A DNA stretch of 64,000 bases from assembly GCF_009914755.1 (NCBI RefSeq), contig NC_060939.1; one strand, 5' to 3'. Below the pieces are notes generated by a model. That model worked only from the letters and a program-made list of their open reading frames with translations. It did not search any database and was not told where the DNA came from. The stretch comes from the human T2T-CHM13v2.0 reference genome, Homo sapiens. Below are positions 53,200-64,000 of the stretch, in pieces (the first letter of the stretch is position 1; every line of letters starts with the position of its first letter). The translations under genes and the position numbers were made by a program.

Positions 53200-55702
53200 T
53201 GTATCTAGGTTCTACTGGAATTTGGCCAAGAGACATGCCTGACCATACCCTTAAAGGCAGGCCCACTGACCTCAGTCCTATTGCAGATCCTGAAGTGTGC
53301 CAGTAAGTTGGCTATAGACTCTTTTGACCACAGTCAATGAGCAGTCTTGCCTTCCCAGAGACCTGGCAGCAGATATACCCATCTGTGTCCCTGGAGGCAG
53401 GCTTGAAGATCTTGATTCAACTCGGATCCTGAAGTAGCTCTGGTAACTCCATTTTAGCTCCTCTTATCTGTGGCCCAGGAACAGTCCTACCCACCCAAGG
53501 ACCCTCCAGGTGACATGCCTATCCATGCTCTGGAATCTAGATCTGCCAACCTCAAATCAACTCTAGATCCTGAGAAAGCCCTGTGACCCAGCTGCAACTG
53601 CACTCAGCCACAGTCTCAGGGCAGTCCTACCCATCCAGAGACCCATACAGTGACCTGACAGAACCCCTTTTAAAGACCCAGCAGGAATCACACCCATCTA
53701 CACACTTGGTAAAAGGTCTGCTATATGTGGATCCAATTGTGGACCTGAAAGCAGACCCTTGTACTAGTGCCAGCCCTATTGACCAAGGTCTTAGAGGCAA
53801 TATCCTTCGCCCAGGAACCAGACAGGATCCATGCTCACTTGAAACTCTGGTAATAGGCCGTTCAACCATAGACCCCAGTAAAAAAAAAAAAAGTAGCAGC
53901 AACCACATAACCTGGCTCCAACCCCAGTTGACTGTAATCCCAGAGGCAATCCATCAACCCAGGGACTTCCAGCAGAGGGTCTTTACTGCTGAAACTGGTT
54001 TTTAAAGATTGGAAGAGGTGTTTGCTCCTTCAAATGCACAAGCACTGATGTAAATCTACACGAATCATGAAGAATCACACAAACACAACATACCCAAAGG
54101 AAACTAATAGAGTTCCAATAACCAATCCAATAACCAGCTCCAATCTCCAATTTGTAGAAATTGAGTCTATAAATTACCTGACAAAGAATTCAGAATAATC
54201 ATCTTAAAGAAGTTCAATGAAATATAAGAGAATACAAATAAACAACTATATATAATCAGGAAAAGAGCATAAACAAGATAAGAAGTTCAATAAAAAATAA
54301 AAACCACAAAAAAGAGCAAAACAAAAATCCAGAAGTTAAAGAATACAGTGGCAGAACAAAAAAAAAATGCAATTGAGAGCTTCAACAGCGGACTCCATTG
54401 TACAGAGAAAAGAATCAGTGAACTTGAATACCAGTCTTTAAAAATAGCCAGACATAGGCACAAAAAAGAAAAGGAATGAGAGAAAAAGAACAAAGAAAGT
54501 ATAGGGAACCTATGGGATGCCATCAAATGAACAAATATATGCATTATGAGAGTTCCCAAAAAGAAGAGAGAGAAAACAGAGAAATAATTTTAGTTAAAGC
54601 ATATTTCTTGATTTAAAAAAATAGGGTGCTGTGGCTCACACCTGTAATCCCAGCACTTTGGGAGGCTGAGGTGGGCAGATCACTTGAGGTCAGGAGTTTG
54701 AGACCAACCTGGCCAACATGGTGAAACCCTGTCTCTACTAAAAATACAAAAATTAGCTACTCAGGAGGCTGAGGTAGGAGAATTGCTTAAACTCAGGAGG
54801 CGGAAGTTGCAGTGAGCTGAGACTGCACCACTGTACCCCAGCCTGGGCAACAGAGTGAGACTCCATCTTAAAAAAAATAAGAAATAAGGGTTTAAAACCT
54901 CCCAAAACTTGAGAAGGATATAAGGCATGCAAATTCCTGAAGACTCCAACCAAGGTGAGCCCAAAGTAAATACCTGAGACACATCATTATCAAATTATCA
55001 AAAGTCAAAGACAAAGAGAGTTTTGAAAGCAGCAAGAGAAAAGTAACTTGTAACACACAAGGGAACTCTATGAGGCTACTAACAAATTGCAGGCCAAGAG
55101 AAAGTGGTGTAATATATTCAAAGTACCAAAAGAAAGATCTGCCATTCAAGAATATTATACTCTTATAAGGTACTCTTCATAAATGATGGAGAGATAAAGA
55201 TATTCCCAGACAAATAAAAGCTGAAGAAGTTAATCACCATTAGCTATGCCTTACATATGATAAAGAGAATTTGTCACATTGAAATGAAAGGATAGTAAAT
55301 AACAACATGAAAACATGAATGTATAATAGCCACAGGTAAAGGTAAATGTATAGTCAAATTGGAATGCTCTGATACTGTAATGGTGGTGCACAAATTACTT
55401 TTACTTCTAGTATAAATGTTATGAAAGTATTAAAAATAACTATAGCTACAATAATTTGTTAATAATATAGAACATAAAAATATGTAAAGTGTAACATCAA
55501 TAGCATAAAATGTGAGGGAGGAGAGAAGTAAAAGTGTAGAGTTTTTCTGTGTGACTAAGTTAAGTTGTTATCAGCTTAAAATAAAGTATTATAACTATAA
55601 GACGCTTATATAAGCCTCATGGTAACTATAAAGAAAAAAATCGCTAGTAGATACACAAAAGATAAAGAGAAGAAGAATTAAAGCATGCCACTATTAAGCA
55701 AA
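53200..55702 (+). mobile_element. L1MA/L1M2-type 5'UTR (140-bp monomers), ORF1 and inter-ORF
   Basis: Tandem 140-bp units, then ORF1 motifs ([30 protein letters not shown]). Confidence 0.85.
54624..54880 (+). mobile_element. AluSx/Sz-like with internal deletion
   Basis: Reads aaaattagctactcagg: start of the right arm deleted across AGCT. Confidence 0.92.
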
Positions 55703-55884
55703 TGAACATGAAAATTACAAGCCCCATGTCCTCAGGAGATAGGAGGGGATAAGGGGAAAACCCTGGCAAGGTCCTGAAGTACAGGTAACCAGATCCATCT
55801 CCATCCTTGTGGCAATCAAAAGCAATAATCCTGTACTTACTTTAAGGACTTATAATTATGACTTTATTTTTTTAATGACAGGTC

Positions 55885-58392
55885 AGATGTGGGTGGGATA
55901 GGAGGCATGACTAGCTTCCTGCTCAGACAGACAGAGCAACATGTGAAGGCTCATATCATGAATTTTGCTCCAATAACTACTGCAGGAATATACCAGGAAA
56001 GCTGAGAGAATTCACAGACCCTTTGAAGGAACTGAATCACAGCTGGAGGCTCCCTGAGATAATAAAAAACTATGAGTCTGCTTGTTTTCTTAATGCAGGA
56101 GGCTCATGGTCTGGGGCAAGTTCTCAGCCCTGGTCACTGGCTGCCTGGAAATAGTCTCAGTGCTTTGTGGAGTAGGGGCACAATGGGAGTAAGATCAGCC
56201 TTTAGGACTGTGAGCTGCATGGGAGCAGGGTGAGGCCTGTAACTGCTGGATTTCCCCCACTTCCCCTGGTGACCTCTATTACTCGGCTGAGGCAGCCATA
56301 ATCCCTCTGTGAATATAACTCTATTGGTCTTGGAGCCACACCCCCATCCTCCACAACAGCCATAGCAAGCCCTGCTCAAGGAGGGGCTGAGCTCAGACAT
56401 GCTTATCCTTGCCCCACCTGGTGGTCTTTCTCTACCTACCTCGGTAGCTGAAGACAGGTCATGATCTCTTGGGACCTCTATGGCCCTGCCCACTGCCTGA
56501 GAAACTTGAATACTTAACCAACCAGGTGTCCCTATGGCAAGTTTGCATCCTCCCTGTAGGATTGCACCTGATGCATTCTTGAAAGCACCACCTCCTGGCT
56601 GGAGGCCAACCAACACAAAACCAGCACACTAAACAAAAACACAACTGAAGACCCTCACAGAGTTCACTTCACTCCCCTGCTAACCCTGCTGTAGCAGGTG
56701 CTGGTATCCACAGCTGCAAGACCTGAAGACAGATCACATCCGAGGACTCTTTGCAGATACTCCCCAGTACCAGCCCAGAGTCTGGTAGCTCTGCTGGGTG
56801 GCTAGACCCAGAACAGCAAAAACATTCACTACAGTTCGGCTCTCAGCTTCCTGAGATTCCCACATTACTAGGGAAAGGGGAAGAACACCACATAAAAGGA
56901 GGACCCTAAGGGACAAAATAACCTGAAAGGCAGTCCTTGATTCCCAGATCTTCCTTCTGACATAGTCTACCCAAATGAGAAGGAACCAGAACAAAATTCT
57001 GGTAATACGATAAAATGAGGTTATTTAACATCCCTGAAAAGATCATACCAACTCATTAGCAACTAATCCGAAACAAGAATAAAGCTCTGAAGTGACAGAA
57101 AAAGAAGTTAGAAGGCTGATTATTAAGCTAATCAACGAGGATCCAGAGAAAGGTGAGGTCCCACTTAAAGAAATAAAAAACATGATACAGCATATGAAAG
57201 AAAAATTATTCAGTAAAATAGATAGCTTAAATAAAAAACAATCACACCTTCAGGAAATAAAGGATACACTTAGAGAAATGCAAAATGCATTGGAAAGCTT
57301 CAGTGATAGAACTGAACAAAAAGAAGAAAGAAACTCAGAGCTCAAAGACAGGGCTTTTGAATTAACCCTATCTGTCAAAGAAAAAAGAATTTTAAAAAAA
57401 TGAACAAAGCCTCGAAGAAATTTGGAATTATGTTTAATGTCCAAGCCTAAGAATAATTGGTATTCCTGAGGAAGAAGAGAAATCTAAAAGTTTGGGAAAC
57501 ATATTTGAGGGAATAATTGAGGAGACAACTTCCCTGGCCCTGCTAGAGATCCAGGCATCCAAATACAAAAAGCTCAAAGAATACCTGGGAAATTTATCGC
57601 AAAAAGATCATTACCTAGGCACGTAGTCACCAGGTTATCTAAAGTCAAGACAAAGGAAAGAATCTTAACAGCTGTGAGGCAAAAGCATCAGGCAACGTAT
57701 AAAGGAAAACCTATCAGATTAACAGCAGATTTTTCAGCAGAAACCCTACAACCTAGAATAAATTGAGGTCCTATTTTTAACCTCCTTAAAAAACAATTAT
57801 CAGCCAAGAATTTTTTATCCAGTGAAACTAAGCTCCATAGATCAAAAGATACAGTCTTTTCCAGACAAATGCTGAGAGAGTTTGCCACTACCAAGCTAGC
57901 ACTACAATAACTGTTAAAAGGAGCTCTAAATCTTAAAGCAAATCTTTGAAATATACCAAAATAGAACCTCCTTAAAGCATAAATCTCACAGGACCTATGT
58001 AACAATAACACAATGAGGAAAAAACACAAGGTAGTCAGGCAACAAATAGCATGATGAATAGAATAGTTCATGACATCTCAATTTTAACATTGAATGTAAA
58101 TGACTTAAATGCTTCACTTAAAGACACAGGATGGAAGAATGGGTAAGAATTCACCCACCAAGTTTCTCCTATATTCAGGAGACTCACCTAACATGTAAGG
58201 ACTCACATAAGCTTAAGGAAAAACTATGGGAAAAGATATTCCATGCAAACGGACACCAAAAGCAAGCATAAGAAGCTATTCTTACATTAAACAAAACAAA
58301 CTTTAAAGCAACAGCAGTTAAAAAAGCTAAAGAGGGGCATTATATAATCATAAAAGGACTAGTTCATTATAAAAAGATCACAATCCTAAATA
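55885..58392 (+). mobile_element. L1PB (L1PBa-type) 5'UTR, ORF1 (ATG 56975) and ORF2 start (ATG 58051); 3'-truncated
   Basis: L1PBa 5' end 'gataggaggcatgactag..gacagagcaacatgtgaaggctc'; ORF 57092-57403 EKEVRRLIIKLINEDPEKGE; EN domain ILTLNVN..QETHL..ITILN. Confidence 0.88.
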
Positions 58393-59985
58393 CAATAGAA
58401 ATGATCAACAAAAGTAAGAGTTGGCTTCCTGAAAAGATAAATAAATGGACAAACCTTCAGCTAGACAAATGAAAAAAATAAGAGAGAGCGAGAGAACTCA
58501 AATAAATAAAATAATAAATGAAAGATAAGACATTACAGTTGATACCACAGAAATACAAAGGATCATAAGAGATCACTATGAACAATTATACACCAACAAA
58601 TTGCATCACCTATAAGAAAGGAATAAATTTCTAGAAACATACAACCTACAAAGACTGAATTATGAAGAAACAGAAAATCTGAACATAACAATAATGAGTA
58701 TGAAGATTGAATCTATAATACAAAGTTTCCTGTTAAAGAAGAGCCCAGGACAAGATGGCTTTACTGGTAAATTTTACTAAGCATTGAAAACAAATTAATG
58801 CCATTCTTTCTCAAACTCTTCCAAAAAACTGAAGATGAAAGAATACTTTGAAACCTATTTTATGAGGTCAGCATTACTCTAATATTAAAGCCCAATAAAG
58901 ACACTACAAGAAAAGAAAATTACTGGCAAATATTCCTGATGAACATAGGTGCAAAAATCCTCAACAAGATATTGGCAAACCAAATTCAACAACACATTAA
59001 AAGGATCGTACACCATGAACAAATAGGCTTTGTCTCTTGAATGCAAAGATGGTTTGACAGAAATCAATAAATATGATAGTCCACATTATCAAAGTGGAGG
59101 ATAAAAATCACATGATCATTTCAATAGCTGCACAAAATGTATTTGAAAAAAATTAATATCCTTTTGATAAAAACTCAATAAATTCAGTACAGAAGGAATC
59201 TACCTCAACATACTAAAGGCCATGTATGACAACCCTACAGCTAACATCATACTAAATAAGGAAAAACTAAAAAGTGTTTCCTCTAAAATCGGAAACTAGA
59301 CAAGAGTTCCTGCTTCCACCACTTCTATTCAACAGAGTACTGTTCTACACAGAGCAATTAAGCAAGAGGAAAAAACGTATCCAAATCAGAAAGGAAAAAG
59401 TTAAATTGTCGTTATTTATAGATGATATGATCTATATATAGAAAACTCTAAATAATCCTCTAAAAAATTTTAGGATTAATAAATTAGTTCAGTAAAGTAG
59501 CAGAAAGCTAATCAACAAACAATAATCACCTGTGTTTCTTACACAAACAATTAAGTGTTTGAAAAAGAAATTGAAACATTCCCATTTACAATAGCAACAA
59601 TTAAATACTTAGAAATAAATTTAATCAGGGAGTTGAAAGATCTGTACATCAAAAACTATAAGACGTTGAGAAAGAAATTGAAGAAAACACAAATGAATAA
59701 AAAGATAGTCCACGTTTATGGATTGGAAATATTGATGAAATGTCCATACTATTCAAAGCAATCTACAGATTCACTGTAGCCCCTATCAATATTTCAATGG
59801 CATATTTCATACAAATAGAAAAAAAAATCCTAAAATTCATATAAAACCACAAAAGGCCTCAAGTAGCCAAAGCAATTTTCAGAAAGAAGGAAAAACCTGG
59901 AGACATCACACTTCCTGATTTAAAACTATGCTACAAAGCTATAGTAATCAAAACAGTATGGCAGTGGTATAAAAGCAGACACATA

Positions 59986-60108
59986 GGCCGGACATGGTGG
60001 CTTACATCTGTAATCCCAGCACTTTGGGAGGCTGAGGCAGGCAGATCACTTGAGGTCAGGAGTTTGAGACCAGCTTGACCAAAACAGTAAAACCCTGTCT
60101 CTACTAAA
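59986..60108 (+). mobile_element. Alu left monomer only (3'-deleted)
   Basis: ggccggacatggtgg..gtctctactaaa, then 8 nt of filler, then L1 resumes. Confidence 0.9.
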
Positions 60109-60561
60109 GGTGGATTACGCATAGACCAATGGAATAAAATAGAGAGCCTAGATATGAATCCTGGTATATACAGTCAAGTAGTCTTTAACAGGGGCATCAA
60201 GATTACACCTTGTAGAAGGGACAATCTCCTCAATAAATGGGAAAATTGGATATCTACATTGCAAAGATATGACATTGGACTCTTATCATGCACTATATAC
60301 AAAACCTAACTTAATATGGATTAAAGATTTAAATGTAAGATCTGAAACCATAAAACTCCTAGAAGAAGACACTGTGGAAAATCTTATTGACATTGACCCA
60401 GGCAAAGATTTTTTGGATATAACACCAAAAGCATAGGAAACAAAAGCAAAAACTAAACAATTGGGGCTACATCAAACTAAAAAGTTTCTGCACAGCAAAG
60501 GAAACCAAAAATAAAATGAAAAGGCCACCTGTGGAATGGGAGAAAATATTTGCGAATCATA

Positions 60562-60945
60562 TGCTATTGTCTGAATGTGCCCTTTAAAGTTGATGTGTTG
60601 GAAATTTGATCCCCAATGTGGAAGTGCTGGAAGGTGAGGCTTTTAAGAGATGTTGAGGTAATGAGGGCTGTACCCTCATGAATGCGTTAATGCTGTTATT
60701 GAGGAGTGGGTTCTTTATAAAAGCACAAGTTCATCCCACTTTTGTCTCTTTCTTGTCCTCTCTTTGTCTTTCTGCCATGTGATGCCTTCCACCATGTTAT
60801 GATGCAGCACAAAGGGCCTAACAGATGCAGGTACCTTGATGTTGAACTTCTCAGCCCTCAAAACTGTAAGTCCATACATTCCTGTTCATTATAAATTACC
60901 CAGTTGGTGGTATTTTGTAATAGGAACACAAAACAGACTAAAACA
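60562..60945 (+). mobile_element. MSTB/MSTC-type MaLR solo LTR
   Basis: TG...CA ends; 5-bp TSD TCATA at 60557-60561 and 60946-60950; inserted in L1 ORF2. Confidence 0.92.
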
Positions 60946-63204
60946 TCATATGATAAAAGGTTAATATCTAAAATACGTAAGAAACTCATACAACTCAATA
61001 GCAAACAAACAAACAAACAAAAAACAGATAGCCCAAGTAAAACATGGGCAAATGACCTAAATAGACATTTTCCCAAAAAAGGTATACAAATGACAAGTAT
61101 ATAAAAAGATGCTCAACATCACCAATCATCAGGAAAATGCAAATGCAAATGAAAACCATAATGAAATATCACCTCCTGCCTATTAGAATGGCTTTTATCA
61201 AAAAGATGAAAGATAATAAGTGTTGATGAGATTGTAGAGAAAAGGAAACCCTTGTACATTATAGCTAGAAATGTAAATTGGTACAGCCTTATGGAAAACA
61301 GTACGAATTTCCTAAAATAATTAATAATAGAACTACCACCTGATCTAACAGTCTCATTGCTTGGTATATCTCCAACAAATATGAAATCAGTATCTTGAAG
61401 AGATATCTGCACTATCATGCTTATTGCAGTATTATTAATAATAGCCAAAATATTGAAACAACCTCAGTGTCTGTTGACAGATGAATGGATAAAGAAAATG
61501 TGAAGGGAGGGGTTGTGTGTCTACACATATACACCCACACACAATGGAATATTATACAGCCATAAGGAGAAAAAAATCCTGCCATCTGCAAGAACACAGA
61601 TGAACCTGGAAGACATTATGCTAAGTGAAATAACCCAGACACAGAAAGCCAAATACTTTATACTATCACTTTTATGTGAAATTTAAAAAACTTGATCTCA
61701 CAGAAACAGAGATTAGAATGGTGGATGCCAGGGAATGTGGGGTGGAGGAAATAGGGAGCCAACAGTCAAGGTATACAAACTTTCAGTGATAAGATGAATG
61801 AGTTCTGATGATCTAATGTATAGCATGGTGTATATAGCTAATAATATTGTATCATATACTTTAAATTTGTTAAGAAAATAAATCTTAAGTGTTTGTACCA
61901 CACACAAAAATGATAATGATGTGAGGTAATGATGTGTTAATTAACTTGGTTGTGATAATCATCTTACAACGTATACACATAGCAAACCATTATGTTGTAC
62001 ACCTTAGAGAGATACAATTTTTATTTATAAATTATACCTCAATAAAACTAGAAAAATAAATAAAGATAGTTTGGAAGCATGTAAATGTTCAGAAAATGAA
62101 GATATGAGATAGAAGAAAGAGTCTGAAATATAATAGTTAAGACTAAATAAATATTCTAAATAGTTAAGACTAAATAAATACAAATATAAAATTTATCAAT
62201 TTTAAAATGTAATAGTCTAATTCCAGATGATTGTATTAAGAGAGTTAGCTGTGGTGGAGTTGGGGAAGCAAAAAGGAGGGAAATGGACGTATATAACATT
62301 TATGTCTTCGGGGGAAGCTATATACATTTGTTCTATTTAGACTTTAATAGAAAAACGTAAGTGTAAAAGTATGGTTCAGGATGTAAGAATAACCATTATA
62401 AAAAAATAGAGAAAATATGATTGCCAACCAACAAGAAGGAAGAAATAAAATAATGAATTCAATCAATCCCCTAAAAAAATAGCAAAGGAAAAAAACCAAA
62501 AAAGTACAAATAGAAAACAAAATAATTATCAGGATAAATATATATATATAATTATCCAATATAAATATGACTACCATATACTCATTAAAAGAAACTGTAC
62601 ACAGAAAAATAGCATATTACGTAAAAAGCTTGAAAAACTGTATCAGAGGAATTTCACATTGATAAAATATACACTCTACCAAGGACAATCTAAAAATATA
62701 GTGTTGAATTATATAAAGGGAAAAAATTGAGATTCAAGAAGACATATGGCAAATCCACAGTTCTGTGGGATGTATACCTCATTAGCAATCAAGAAATGAA
62801 ATAGATCAAAAGTTGGTAAGCATCAGAGGGTGAAGGTTTTCTTCCTTCCCATTCTCCTTTTTGCTTATCTTCTTGCCCCTTTCCAAATTTTTGGATGAAA
62901 TCCTTGATTAGATATAAAGATAGAGCTACAGATAGAGATGTACACAGAGAGAGAATATATAGACTATATTAGCATAATTATGCATTAAAATTATGTTGTA
63001 AGAACTAGTTAATATTATAAAAAGAAATATTTCTTTACATTGCAGATATTTCATTCTAAAGCATGTACTTAATAGAATTTTAAGATACAATAACCCCTCT
63101 GTACTCCCCAGATGGTGCTTAGATTTTGGGGACAGGAATAAAAGAATATCTAGGGGGTTATGAACAAAGAAAGAGGAAGCGGGATCTAAAAGAAAAGAAC
63201 TCCC

Positions 63205-63940
<736 letters not shown>

Positions 63941-64000
63941 TATTTTTTTTTTTTTTTTTTTTTTTTTGCTATTTAATAAAGCTTAACTTGTTGGTTGCAG

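Larger units (their letters stand above)
58393..62064 (+). mobile_element. L1MA9/10-like ORF2 and 3'UTR
   Basis: KSPGQDGFTG, FIDD (59415-59426) RT motif, C-terminal domain; L1MA 3'UTR ending 'tatacctcaataaaactagaaaaataaa'. Confidence 0.9.

Noticed and set aside
53225-53900. CRISPR-like regularly spaced repeats
   Set aside because: Whole 140-bp units are degenerate copies with no unique spacers, in a eukaryotic L1 context
53583-56616. 140-aa and 160-aa ORFs
   Set aside because: Within L1 5'UTRs, with no recognisable protein similarity
63944-64000. Poly-T, CTTAAC branch-like motif and terminal CAG resembling a 3' splice site
   Set aside because: At the window edge with no downstream exon visible; the poly-T may simply be a retro-element tail

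Overview
Human (primate) AT-rich non-coding DNA, either intergenic or a large intron. I cannot name the locus. I find no credible protein-coding exon, RNA gene or CRISPR array; nearly all listed ORFs are repeat-derived or low-complexity. Roughly half or more of the window is recognisable transposon sequence: CR1/L3, L2, MIR, several L1 generations, Alus (J, S, Y, Yb8), MaLR/ERVL LTRs including a full LTR-internal-LTR THE1-type element, and DNA transposons (MADE1, MADE2, MER45, MER53, MER33, Tigger3a and a full-length Tigger4/Zombi carrying nested insertions). Repeat-poor islands (about 1.5-4.0, 12.6-12.9, 32.0-32.8, 36.0-36.5 and 46.2-46.5 kb) carry homeodomain/TALE motifs and resemble developmental enhancers. 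I do not see evidence of a new biological system. The most notable items are unusual retrotransposition and repair structures: an AluY/AluYb8 trimer, a 36-bp Alu insertion, two twin-primed L1s, a templated-insertion scar, an L1PB/L1MA chimera with an orphan 5' segment, and a 140-bp monomeric L1 5'UTR. Subfamily names come from my recollection of consensus sequences, not from a run alignment, and boundaries of old repeats are approximate.
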